Made by a program: the position numbers and the translations under genes. A stretch of 64,000 nt of DNA from Balanoglossus misakiensis (Eukaryota; Animalia; Hemichordata), in the NCBI GenBank assembly GCA_040954595.2, contig CM082577.2:9883846-9947845 (forward strand), written 5' to 3'. Each line of letters starts with the position of its first letter. The stretch's first letter is position 1. The notes under the pieces were generated by a model. It was not told the origin of the DNA. It did no database searches and worked only from the letters and a program-made list of their open reading frames with translations. This document shows, in pieces, positions 26,950 through 50,940 of this stretch.

Positions 26950-27807
26950 AGACTCTACTGCAGACTGTGTAATACGTCATAATTATTAGTGTGTGATCGG
27001 AGAGCCACTTTCAAGACTCGATCTAATGAGGGCGCTACTGAGATTCGTCAAAACTCGGCGATTCATCACAGAATATATCCAGGGCACCTTACCACGACCG
27101 TTCTGATCTATATCGGCCTATGTACTGTTGTTATCATCGATATGAGAATCAAAACAACTTGACATTAAAATCCGTATCCGCCGGTCGGATGCGAATAGAA
27201 ACTTCAATATGCCTGCCACATTGGATTTGAAACACAGAGATTTGAAACAAATAACCGACAGGAACAAAATACAAAAGTACCACCACCGTCATGATAATTG
27301 TCTTCCTAATAAACCAAATAACGGCAAATGATCGAATCCGATAGAGAAAAGTCACGTGATGGGTCAAAATTCAAGTATCTGTAACCATTATTGAGTGTAA
27401 TAGTTCAGTTGCACAGAAGAATGAACACACTGCGACATCGGACTCTGTTTAAAGTATATTAGGTCAAAGTTTCGTTCGTTTCAGTAGATTAAATCAAATA
27501 TTCGTTATTAATGTGACGTATTTTTTTTAGCGATGATTGATTTCGTTATCGTGTCGATCGTATGGTAAACTATTCTTTTTGCCACGAAATTACAGGTGTC
27601 GGTTTTAATATAATCTTAAATTGAGAGAAATAAATATTACATGTTCAGCGGAAGTGACGTGCTATCATTTTTTTCTAAATCAGTGATATCAGTGTCACTT
27701 CTCTGTCACTGGGTTCACACCTCCCTGACTCAACATTTCGTTGTTTTGCTGTTGTTATTTTTTGGTAACGACTTCCCGGGGCTGGGAACACATAGACTGT
27801 TATTGTG

Positions 27808-32971
<5,164 letters not shown>

Positions 32972-33554
32972 AACATCACACAAGAATCTCGTGCAGTTAC
33001 GATGTCAAGATTTAATCGACAATTATTTTTTATAGAACAACCGTTAGAAGAAACTGTAAGAGAACATCCTTGCCGTAGCTGTATTGACACATTGAATTGA
33101 ATTGAATGGACCTTAATTAATTGGATTGAATTGAAATGAATTGATTTGATTTTAATTGAATGGAATCGAATTGACTTGAATTGAATTAGACAACTGAATT
33201 GTATTGGATTATTTCATTTCACAAGCACACTTGAACATCTGTTATGAAGACAATGTGAAACCATCTCATGTAGTTTATTTCACTTAATATTTTTCCAGAA
33301 ATACATCTTAAAATCTAATTTCATTACCAGTGACAACCTTAATTAAGAATGCCGGTATATGAACATATTTTAATAGCGAAACATAGGCATTTCCATTTTA
33401 CAGCAAAATTACGAGTATAGTACATGAATGAAGAAAAAATCCAGGGTTTTAATATTTTACTGCAGTTTCAATGTCTCGGCATGACAAAACGAAACAGCGC
33501 CAATTGCTAGAAAAATGGCAAGTATCTGAAACACAGGCCGTTGTTAACTTTTAA

Positions 33555-36500
33555 TTACATGCGTTTAGTATGCAGGCTTAAAACAAGTAGTCCCACAAAG
33601 ACCAGGCAGCTCAGACGGGTACGCTCTCCCGCGCTTACAGGGTCTGGCTCGCACGATCGTGCCGTGGGACACTCTTCGCAGACCTGCTCGGTTTCCCGCG
33701 AAGCTGACGTCACAACTTGCGGCTCGTATTCCATCCAGAACGCGTGCTCATCAAAACGGACGGGTTCGTCCGCCATTTTGCTGATAGGGTGCTCAATGTA
33801 GAACTGCGTCTGGTTGTGCCTGGAGTATCTCGTCCAGCCGCCTTCCGTGTGTGGTACTTCCGTCGCCATAGGATCTCTGAAAATAAGTTTAGACAAAATT
33901 TTCACAAAACGGCTTCTTAAACATTTGAAAGAGCATGTCTTGACAATATTGAACCGGTCACCATTCGTTGTACATGTACATGTATACGCCTGTGTGACCG
34001 TCCCATACTCACCCTGTTGTGGCGAAGTTATACCACAGAGCCTGCACCGTGTCGGTGAGCTCAACATCGGCCTGCGTCCAATTGAGTGACGGATACTTGT
34101 CCGGCATGTAGGGCGTCCCGAAGGTGTAGTACAGATCATCAGTGTGAACGGATCCTGAAATGGGAAAGGAAGTATAACCATAGTAGAAACAATGCCACCG
34201 TGACATGCCTGTTGTGTCAACATCGCGTATGACATATTGTCATCAGAATGAAAAGTCGATAGTACTGAAATCCGCGGTTGTCATATATTTGTCTTGTTTC
34301 ACACACACCTCCTCTTTCACCCAAGAAGGGAATTAGCACACTCACCCATCCAATCTTCAAATATCCCACTTGGTTGGTTGAAGCGGTACATGTATGTATC
34401 CAACCCGGCCATCTCACTCAGTCTTGCCTGCCAGTGTATTCCTGCATCGAAGGCTTTCTCGTCTAAAAACTAAAACGTGAGCAAATGAAATAAACCCCCC
34501 TATTTTTGGATATTCAATCTCTTCAATATTTACATGTTCTATACACTTTGTTCTACAACGTATAAGCAGTCAATATAATTAATATGCGAAAACTTTCCCC
34601 GAGACTTACTTCCATAAATTCATCCCGGAGTAATATTTTATCCTCGGGATCCTCCCACGGCGTGTAGGCGTACTCTACTGCTCTGGCGACATCCTCGGAG
34701 TGGGCGTTGTCGGAATAGTACGCCCTCCCTTCCGCGTAGTTCATTATCTCTCGTCGAAACTCATCTCGTGTGATGCCGTTCGCGGGATCGGCGAACAGAC
34801 CAACTGTAATCACAAAAAATTGGCTATTTTATACTGTTTTGCACGCCCTGTCGTCGTTCATGGTGGAGGCAATATAAATTACACCACTAATGAAAGCCAA
34901 TCAAACATACAATATTAAAGGTACAAAATATGTATATGGTCACTTTCGAATGACCATGTGGTGTCACACTATTTTAGCGTGTGAATCCCACTGAAAATCA
35001 GTGATTGGCTACGTTTCATTTTTTGCAGTTAAATTTGCATATGTAACCGGTGTATACCTCAAAACTCACCAATCACACTACTAAAGCTACGTTTACACAT
35101 CTAAATAAGTGTATCCATTGCTTGTCGTCATCTTTACTTATCTATAGTACACATCGACACCTGGGGGAAAAGCATTAATAGGACTTACTCGCATCCCTGC
35201 TCTGTTCATCACTTGTATAGCCCAGCATAACAGGCACGTTGTGGAATTGCCCATTTTCCATTAAGGTCAAGGGCTCGTCGGGTAGGAACTCACCATCTAC
35301 CACAGGAATGAATGCTCTCGTGTCGTGGTTCTGATGTAAAAGATACAATTACTTATTAATTATAGTCAAAGCTGTCTGGACCGGACACAGAAGGGGGGGT
35401 AGTAGACTGAGAATATTGTTCGGTTTACAGAAGTGTCTGGTTTACAGAGGGTCTTGTTGCATATTGCTCTGTGTAACATAGAACCGTGAACGACCTCGAA
35501 AATAGGAATGATAAGTTTCCAGATTAGACAGAGTTCGGTATAATGAGGTTCAACTGTAATTAGTGGACTTTGTTTACACCGTGATACGTGATGTTATATG
35601 AAATCCTCCGCTAACCCAATTTTTTTAACCCATTTATTTCTCGTTTGTTATCACGTCTACTTGATCTTTACATGTTTGCTAATCGTTAACCCGAGAGCTG
35701 TCTGTGTTTTGACCTGAACCCACGCACAGCTATAACACTATGAGAACCGAGGAGACATCCCTACCGAAGGCGTGTAAAAGGAAATCTCAAGGGGGTCTTT
35801 CGTCTTCAGACATTCAATTAAATCGGTGTGTGGTTGGCGAGGGCACCCGATGTTATCTGCCAGGCCGTAGGTACCGTTCAACGGATCGTACGGCGGGACC
35901 ATCACCGCCCATCTATTTAATGGGCTGCCACTCTGCTGTATGGCCCTGTGGAACAGGCCTGCAATACAAATAGTTGTTGTTGTTGTTTTGCATATCCATG
36001 ATAGATCATATACCGCTTTACACAAACAGCAACGGTATACACGCATTAGTATTTCTGTGGCATTGTAAGTAGGATTTTCTGATTCAGAAGATACAACTTT
36101 AGGAACGCCACCGTCTTGTTTCAGCAAGAAAATGACTATTTTCATGGCTACGTGATCAATACCAGTCGGTTACAGCACGTTTTAAACTATTCCAACCTTC
36201 TGACATTGGCGACAAAAGGTGAAGGCCAATGCTGGCCGCTCCGGCGCTCTCTCCAAAAACCGTGATGGAATCCTTGTCGCCTCCGAAGTACTCGATGTTG
36301 TCCCGAACCCACTCCATGGCGGCAATCTGATCCAGCATTCCGTAGTTTCCGGGAGACACTTCATCCATCGTACTCAAATAACCTGTATCAATGAGAGAAT
36401 TATGCAAAAACTCGTGCATTCCATCTTTGACATCACTGAATTTCGTCAGGTTTCTTTTCAGTGCAACTAGTCTCTACTGCACAGTCTAAGTATAAAACGG

Positions 36501-37669
36501 ACCCCAAGCAAACTTCATTTTGCTCGACGCAGTAACTCTGTATCAACTATACCTATAATTGCACAAATTCATTAAATATTCAAAAACCGCAGTTAATGAA
36601 CATGAAACTGCTAACATTGCACAGCCAAGTCACCTAAATGTTTGAAAAATAGATTTACTTCTATACGCATGCGTAGTTCAGACGTTACCAGGTCCGGCAA
36701 GTGTAAATTACCTAATGCACCAAGACGATAATTAAAGGTGACGACGACGACGTTTTTCTTCTCAGCCAGAATTCTGCCGTCATATAAGTACATGGTTGTG
36801 CCGAGGTTGTAGCCGCCTCCCTGGATGAAGAGCATGACGGGATACTTCTCCTGGCTCCCTTTCCGCTGAGATAGAATAATAAGCATGTTGGACATCGGTG
36901 TCAGCCTACCTTTTGAATCTTTTAATAAATCTGTTAGAACTGTTTTCGCGCGAGAGAGTTGATTTAAAAAAAAGACTTCCTCGAACCACCTGTGCATAAA
37001 TCTTACTTGAAAATGAAAGTAAGTGTATGCAGACATTAATGCCTTGGGTATATACAAACACTGATAACAGAATTTGTACGTTATACACAGTTTGCATTTT
37101 TTCGGATACTCTACCTCTGGTGCGTATATGTTCATATACAGGCAATCTTCACTGAGGAGGTCACTCGAGGTCAGGTTGTTCTCTATTATTTTTCTGACGA
37201 GATCGATTAGTCGTCCCACATCTATTGGCAAATCGCCAGGGGCGTCGGGATTGAACATTTTCTGCTGCAGCTCTGCCACCAACGCTTCATCCGGGACAGG
37301 AGGCCCAATGGGCGGGCCAGGCCCTGCAGTTGGCAAGGGGATGTCGGGCAGCGAAATGTTGTAGAAAATCGACCCCAGCTGCGGGCAAGCGGGGCCGTAG
37401 TAGGTCGAGTCCCGTTCGCCTTCCCACGTCGGTGGCGCCCCAGGAGGGCGGAAGCGCAGATCGCCAACCGGCGGCGCGGCAAATGGAATCCGGCCAAAAA
37501 AGTTGACGAAGAAATCACCCGTGTCGTCCATTGGATACTGTCTTCCCCTGAAGTCTCCCTGAGAAGGGACGCTCACTACCACAGTTTCGCCGTCGTAGTT
37601 GAAGGCATCCGCCGCGATAATAAACGGGCTGATGGCAACAGAAATACACAACACCGTCCGCAAGTCCAT
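33555..37669 (-). CDS. Type-B carboxylesterase gene 3, 9 exons, predicted GPI/membrane-anchored
   Basis: Exons (minus strand) 37115-37669, 36712-36865, 36197-36382, 35765-35958, 35189-35330, 34610-34803, 34346-34469, 34013-34154, 33555-33876. Signal peptide [22 protein letters not shown]; motifs GESAG, GYTSDE, GSVHTDD. The C-terminus is [14 protein letters not shown] followed by hydrophobic [14 protein letters not shown]. Confidence 0.92.
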
Positions 37670-38502
37670 GTTTTCGTATTCAGTTCAAACACGGTCACCG
37701 TGGTTAAAACACTATATCACGCTTATTGAAAGTTAACAGTTAACTGAGGACTCTGGACTGTACCTACCTGTGTCGTCTCTGACAGATAACGTTTATTATG
37801 TTCGCGATTTTCCACAGCTGATTAACAGTACTGGTATCCACATATCGGTGTGATGTTATTAGCGTCCTCTTTATATCAGAGATTTTTACCCTCAAATGGG
37901 GCAGTGCTACCCGTCCTTGACTACTTACAAACTTTTAGCACATTGTTTTGTTGCTTGCTATTTGTTACCTACTTTACCGGGTGTCACATTCCAATTTAAA
38001 AATCACACTATAGAGAGACGACTACGCAATGGTGGGTCGGGTTGAGCCGCGCCAAAATGGCCGACAAGATTCTACATCATAGATATAACGTTGGCGTATT
38101 ACATGTGGGTCTTGAGTTTGCGAATATGCACAGAAACATTGATAATAACAAACTGAGAACATGCCTATTTCTTCCGGAGCGGATATATGTTCATGTACTG
38201 AGGCATTCTTAGTTAAGGATGTCACTATCATGACATTGGAAAATCATTATATGATACAACATGTACGAGAAAGTTTCACATCGTCTTAATAACAAAATGG
38301 TGAAATGAAATAAATCCAATCCAATCCAATTAAATTCAATAAAACTCACTGTAATTCAAAGCAATAAAATTCGTTTCAATTCAAACAATGTGTCAATACA
38401 GCTACGGCAAGGTTGTTCTATTACAGTTTCTTCTAACGTACAGTTGTGCAACTGTCGACTAAATCTTTACATCGTAACTGCAAGAGATTCCTGTGTGATG
38501 TT

Positions 38503-43930
<5,428 letters not shown>

Positions 43931-45846
43931 TTTGCACGTCTTCAACAAATGACAACCTTTATCAGCAAAACGTTAATTGCATCACGAACACCCTCCAGTT
44001 TAGTTGAGTATTAAATCGTCACTCGATTGTATACAGTTCAATTAACAATACATTGAAATAACAGTTCAGGGTTCAAGGTATCACCACATGCCCTTTCATC
44101 TGTTTTATCTGAAAGCATACACATTTCAATAGAAACGTATAGTATTTACACCACATTTCCTTTAGTTGAATGCCAGGAACGGATTCTTGCTTCGGACTAA
44201 TTAGCCTATGATCTTCGAGCATTTTTGGCCAATCGTTGGACTGGCTGAAAGATCAATCGCTTTTTTATTTTTTCTCATGTTCTCCAAAAATATTTATGTT
44301 TTGTTGACCCAAACCCTGAACCTTGCTCATGATTTCTTCCCGCACAAATGAACATACTGTTCCCTGGTGAACAGGGTTTGGGACAAGCTGAGCCCCGTGA
44401 CGACACGGCAATCGATATTAAAACAACTTAACACCTGCGAGTCTGAACTCTACATGGAATGTCGCCAAAACATGTATATATTTTTTCTGTGGGGGGGGGG
44501 GGGTGGATACAAATGTGATAGGTTATTCAGTCAGATCCACGACTGGCCGAAACTACTCAAAGATTATAGGCAAATCTGTCCGAAGCAAGAATCCGCTTCT
44601 GATGATCAACCAATAGGGCGTTCACACAGTGACCATTGAAACGTTTCTGAAATGTCCCAGCTCAGAAACTGGCGTACATTATTATGTGTGAACGGTTTAC
44701 ATGTAAGTGGTCCTGGATCGTTTCATATTTGAGACGTTTTTGCTATCCAGAACTGAGCTGCTGTAAATGATTAATGCCTCTCCGCAACACATCCTCTATG
44801 GGGCCAAGCTTCAGGGTCTATTCAGTTATAGTTCTCCCGTGAAATCGTTTTTGTGGTGTTATTGTGGTGAAATCGCTGATTACCGAGGCGATAAAAAATC
44901 CATAAAGTGTGAAGTGAAGCACTCAAAATTAGCAAAAGTCGTGACCTGCGTTGATGAGTGTGTTCAACGGAAGATATTAAAAGTTATGCTGTGTTAGCTT
45001 CCGTCACGGGTTTCGGTTCTGCGTTTGGGTTTATTTTTCGAAGTGGAACCTGCATGCCTTTCCGTTCGTCGGTCAACGAACTGGTAATCTGCTCTTTACT
45101 GTCAGGGCCGAGGTTTGAAGTGTAATTCATCCCGCTGCACCCCAATATCACAGTGGGAAAAGTAGGAACAATTCTGTTATTATTTAAAAGTCGCTAATAT
45201 GACCACCCCGAGATAATCGTCAATCCCTGCTCCTCGTGTTAGTTTTTTTGCGTCTAATGTTTAAATGGTGGAGAATATGATGTTTTCCATTGAAATGTTA
45301 AGTTCTTAAACTACTTGCCTTTACCCAAGAAGTCTGTGAATCCCTAAACCAAGATTCTGACAAACACTCAAAACTGTCAACATATGCATGTATGTGGTTT
45401 ATGCTTTGTTTTACCATAAAACAGGCAGGGTCATGTCAGCGTACTGTTCATCGGTGATGGGGTTTTAAAAAAGGACCACGTGCCCGCACTTCCTGGTTTC
45501 GTACCTCGTGACGTAACGCAACGCATTAGCACATGCTTTCGCTATTAAAGGTGGAACTGGGATTAGAATGCAAAAGTGGTTTCGTCGCAGGGGAAGAATG
45601 CAGTCATGATGATGTCATAGGGGACGACTTTGTTCATTTTTCAGACCAACCGGTGATCGATACATCGACGCAGATTGGTAGAGGTGTCGTGGTTAATTCT
45701 GTTCTAAGGACACGACAACCAGGTAACTTTATAAGCTCGATCAACCGATTTGACTAAATTGTTTAACAGACGCCTGCATCGGATTGTCATTTGGCTAGCA
45801 TAGCGACAAACTGTTGAACGGCAAACATTTTTTGTTCGCTTGAAAC

Positions 45847-48800
45847 ATGGCCGCGAGCTCGGGGATCCAATGCCTTCTCGATCCACTGGTCACCGGGCAA
45901 GGGAGCTCCAGTGCCCGACGCGACGGACGGGTTTCCTCCGTCCTCTTCGCCTGCAACCTGGTAACAGCAGCGGTTGTCTTCATCATCGCGCAGCTGATGA
46001 CCGGCGGTCCCGGCAGCCTGCTGAACAAGATCGCCATCGAGCACGTCCAGATGTTCATCTCCGTCGCGGTGGCCCTGGCCACCGCGTTCATGCTGTGGTT
46101 CATTCTCCGCGGCGGGCGCTACGCGCTGTGGCTGGTGGAGGAAAAGGCGTACGACGGCCAGTCTCAGGCGCACTTCACCTTGGACTTGCTCGGGGTCTAC
46201 ATATTTGGCATCGGAAAGATCGTGCTGGAACTTCTGGAGATGTTCTCCGCGCTGGAGTGCATGGGCGTGGCACGGAACCTGGACAATCTGAGCGACTACG
46301 TGACCTCCATCGTGTTCTACTCGCTGCGGCTGACGTTCCAAGTGGCGGAGATGGTCTTCCTGGGGAGATATTCGCGAGCCACGCTGCACAACAGCCCGGC
46401 TATCCGCTACTCGGTTCTCCTGGTTCTCTCGGTCAATCTCATGCTGTGGTTTTACACGCTGGCGGCCGAATCCGCAGAGCTGTTTCCGCACCATCTCACC
46501 GGAGGTCTTCGTGAAGTGTACCGCGCCAACCACACCACCAGCGCGCCACTCCTGGTCGAGCAGTGCAAGAACCACACCACCAGGTGGCAGCTGGAGATGA
46601 CCACCGTCAGCCACATACTCTTCCCGTTCTGCCTGGAGTTCTCGCTGGTCGCCACAAACATGCTGTACCACATTTGGGTGTCGATGAAATTCCTGAAGTC
46701 GGGAAATTCTCCGGCGTCTTTCCAGTCCACCGAGGCCGATCAGGGGTCCGGTGGAGATGACCTTCACATCGGCCGTGGAGCACCGCTATCGAAGAGGACA
46801 GACCCGACAGTGACGCAGCAAAATCTAGTCATGCCCAGATGCAGATCCGGCGGCAGCATCGCCGGGATACTAGTGATGATCATCGTGGTCTTAGTGTCGG
46901 CCCTGCAACAGTTGCGCTGCACGTCGCAGGACACCATCATATACGTGTTCTACGGCACCATGATGTTCTACTTCGTCTTCACGTGCACCCTCTGCTACGC
47001 GGGATTCAGGATGCTTTCCACCGAGATCTACGAACACGCTCCCTACAGCGGCGACGACGCGTTGCTCGTCGTGTCCGTCGCCGGAGAGTTTTGCTTGATG
47101 TATTTCAAACTGCTGGCCGCTATCGGGATGGTACTATACCCCACCGGTCATCAGCTTGCAGAGACGGCCTGGCTTCTACTCGTAGAGAAGGTCTTAAACG
47201 GTATCCAGCTCTGGGTCCAGACAGCGTTCCTCATAACGGCGTCGCGGTACAGACCAAGGTGTCCGGAGAAAAGTGTAAAGGTTAAATCTCCATTAGCTGT
47301 AACTTTTTGCTTTGGTTTCAGTATTTATGTTTTGTATATCTACTGCAGTCTCACGTTCAACTCCATGAATCATGATGAAATGCTCAGTATCCAGCTTATC
47401 AACACAACCTATATGTGTATAGTCAGCATTGTGATTGTGCAAAATTTGAATTCAAGTCCGGACTAGAATTCATTTGTTGACAATAACAGTGGCCCGTACA
47501 CGTGTACAGGCTGTGTTGACAAGCGGAGAACTGGGTATATTAACATGATGCTGTTCAGAGTAGAACCAGCAATTGCATTTGGCACACAGAACAAAAACAC
47601 TGAAAATAACCGAAAGTTAAAGCTTATGTTCCTTTAATACAATAGAATACAGTAATTTAAAGTACAATACAGTATATGGCAGCGCCGTGCAGTGCATTCC
47701 CCCCCCCCCTCCTTGTCTTTCTCAAAAACCAAAATCTAATACTTAGGTCCAAGGGTCATTACCAGCGTATTTTTGAAAAACAATAGTGAAAGTCGCGCTC
47801 TTTCATCTAAGACCACGTGATGCACACCAAGAGAGTGTATAAGCTTGTTCCCTTTCCCGTTTGCCAGGCAATGACGTGGTATGGTTCCTCTTAGGTTAAA
47901 AATATCGCATGTAGTTAGGTCAGCATAACTGCATATTATTTAATGCTATATGCAGCAGGGAAGAAGAGGATAAACATTCGAATATTTCATTATACCGAAA
48001 TACATACCGGTTTCATTCCGGATTTTGGTTAGGGTGTGTTTAAAATTTGGAGGGACGTTTGGAAATCAACATGAGCATGTGTTTCAATTCCTCCCCGTGG
48101 AATAACAATCTCTATCAAACAGTCATTTCTTCGCTCGCTCTCAAGGATTTCTAAATCAGTTATATATATATATACGCCAAGTGGAACTAATTTAAACAGT
48201 GAGTGGCTTCGCGACATACGCACCTGTGCGTGCCGTCATGTGCAGCGAAACGCAACATTTGCTTCGCTTCGCTTCTCTCGTTCGGCTGATCGAACTCAAA
48301 TAGATGTGTAATGTTTTGATATACATATATTCCCATTGTTATTATTGTGTGTGGTATTTATGTCAAGCGAATACGGCCGCACTCTACGTAATAAAGCATT
48401 CTAGAAAAGACAAAACTGCTCTGAATATGATATGTATTAATCTTAATTATTTTTTTTTATACCTGCAGATTCAGGAACTCGTGTTATGCCTTCTTTTCTG
48501 CAACCTTGGTGGCTGGATAAAACCATCTTTCATCGATCACCTGAATTTGAACTTGTCGCTGGTCGAGGTTCAGGTCTACACGCACACAAACCAGTGGGCG
48601 ATGATCATGCGTATTTTGCTGCCGATCTGTATCTACTATCGCTTCCACTCGGTTATCATGTGTTTCGGCATCTACGGACGATTCAGAGACCAGCCCAGAC
48701 TTCTCGAGATCGCCAAGGGCACGGCGGACGAGAGCAGTCCAATTCTGGTCCAACACGATAGCCTGTACGGCAGCCTGAGTCTTGGTGGCAACTCTCGAAA

Positions 48801-48876
48801 CGACCTGGACAGCGCCGCTAACGTGACAGCGTGCCGATCAGGCGACGAGAACGAAAAACAGACGGGTGACATTTAA
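45847..48876 (+). CDS. OTOP: Otopetrin-family proton channel (~613 aa), 2 exons
   Basis: Exons 45847-47280 and 48469-48876, phase 0. Many hydrophobic helices; otopetrin-type motifs ILFPFCLEFSL, IQLWVQTAFL, QELVLCLLFCNLGGWIKPSF and WAMIMRILLPICIYYRFHS. AATAAA at 48897. The call is family-level; orthology within OTOP is unresolved. Confidence 0.88.
47282..47637. mobile_element. Dispersed palindromic MITE-like repeat, copy B, TTAA-bounded, at the otopetrin splice donor
   Basis: ttaaatctccattagctgtaacttt ... aaagttaaagcttatgttcctttaa; homologous to 15169-15510, with ends resembling 1438-1806. Confidence 0.75.
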
Positions 48877-50940
48877 AGGCCCGTGAGCTGCAACTGAATA
48901 AAAACAAATTAAGCTTTATATAATCTCAGATATGCTTTTAATTCTATCTATTAAATGATATTGCCTGATAGTATATCAAGAACCCACTTATTTACCTGTG
49001 GTACAGCCTAAAACAATGAGTATATGCAAGTGTATTGACTTCTAATTAACTCAAGCCCGCATGTTGCTAAGCAACCATATCTCAAACTGCCAAGTGTGAA
49101 CCTCCTTATTAAGCAATCAACTTACTATTATCCCTGGTGTAATTAACATAACTGGTGTAATTGATGTCTAGCTCTTATCAGTATAACTTCTGTCTGCGTG
49201 TTAATTTTAAGTCAATGTGTCAAGGTTCATTTACATGTCCTACATATTATCCGTCTTGCCAGTAAAACTTCAACCATTCATGTGATGGAAGTTGGACAGA
49301 AATTTTACTCTCTAAATTCGAAAATTTCTTATTGTCAATCAAATATCATAGTTGTCAGTCCTTGTCTTAATTAAATTACAGTTTGTCCTTCCAGACAGTC
49401 AGTCTATGTTATGTCACCTTAGGTCTTTTCAGGTGAACAGTCCCGGCTTTTGATTTACTTTTCAAACTTTGTCTTTCACAGTTGTTTAAATGAGTTTTGT
49501 AATATTTTTTCCAATAGTAAATATAATCACTTGATCCTAATATAGTGGATGGTAACGTGATCATAATTTAGTTAACAAACAACATACTTAACTAAAACTG
49601 CAGAATGCGTTTTCGACACGAATTTAACTTCCATCAGTTGTGTGTATGGACACACATGGACTCGAACTGACAATCCCTTATGTTTATGGAACGCAGATGC
49701 TGCGGCTATAGAAGAATTAAGTTTTACAAGGTCTGAACATGACTACGCGTGACCTATCTAGGATTAATCTTGAACCTGAAGGACAGACACGACTCTATCA
49801 AAGGTCTATATCTGCCTTTCTATTAAGAAAGCACGCAGCTATCGTGGTATGCGTCGCCAAGAGATGCCAAACTGATTAAAATGCAAGTAATACGACTGAA
49901 TAGTGAAGATTTTAGATGACAGGGGATATATTTGAAGTATTTTATTGTGGAAAACATATGTGAATAGGGGCTTTAACACGGTAAGCGATCGGAACTGTTC
50001 ACAAAATGTAGTCCAAAAAATAAGCACCGCCTATGCACAGCGTACTAAGTCCCGACAATTGTACATAACCGATAAAACAGCAAAATTAAAGGTATAAGGT
50101 CACCTATAATTTGCATATGCCTACAAATGGCCAAAGGGGCGTGACTAAGTGTTAGAATGGCCATGTGGTGGCGCTTTTTTCGCGTGTGCCACCGACTGAA
50201 AATCTGTGATTGAGTATATTTGAATTTTCCATGGTAACAGTGCTTATAGATTGGCATAGGTGAGAGTATATACTAGTATACCGTACCTTTAATTGAAAAA
50301 CGATAGGCATGCAAGCTAAATGAAATTTGAATACCGCATAACATCATTTTCTACTTATATAAAATATTTACGATGCTCTGCAATTGTGCATTGAGGATAT
50401 ATAACTGTAATAATGAGACAATAATCTGGTAAAATGTAACAACAGAAATACAATAAGACCCTCTTGAATGTGGCGCCAACTTCGGACACTATACAAAGCG
50501 AGTTTTACGCTCGTAAATATCCTGTTTGCAAAAGGTGATGATGAAAGATACATCTAAAAGCGAGATTTTTCTTTTAGCGAAACAAATTAAACGCATCATA
50601 AATTGAAGGACAACATGTTGGGAACTAGCTTCACTGAGTCATCGTCATCAATGTTACACTTGTAATTGTTTTCTCTGCTCTTGAGACTTGTGCCTTTATG
50701 CCGTATTTAATGTACGTCCACACCCAAGGCAATTGCTCTCGCGTTAAATCCATCAATCTGTCTCCATTTTACCAAATAAAGAAGTTCGGCTCGGGCTGAT
50801 AGTTGTTGAGTCAATTAGTGAGAGAGACGGGAGAGCTGGTAATGAACATTTGCACTTGACATCAATCACCCGTGTTGCCTCAGTTGTATGATAATTGTGT
50901 ATATAATAGAGTGATTATTCTGTCGAACATCGGATACCAG

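Noticed and set aside
35361-35558. Possible Tc1/pogo-like MITE in gene 3 intron 4
   Set aside because: The termini (tagtcaaagc.. / ..ggttcaactgta) are too degenerate to support a call.
45533-45768. Possible upstream otopetrin coding exon (MLSLLKVELG...)
   Set aside because: Splicing to the nearby acceptor gives an early stop, and an in-frame TGA sits at 45841 just before the ATG at 45847.
45787-46767. 326-aa antisense ORF and 224-aa alternative-frame ORF over otopetrin
   Set aside because: Expected shadows of a GC3-rich coding exon, with no recognisable motifs.
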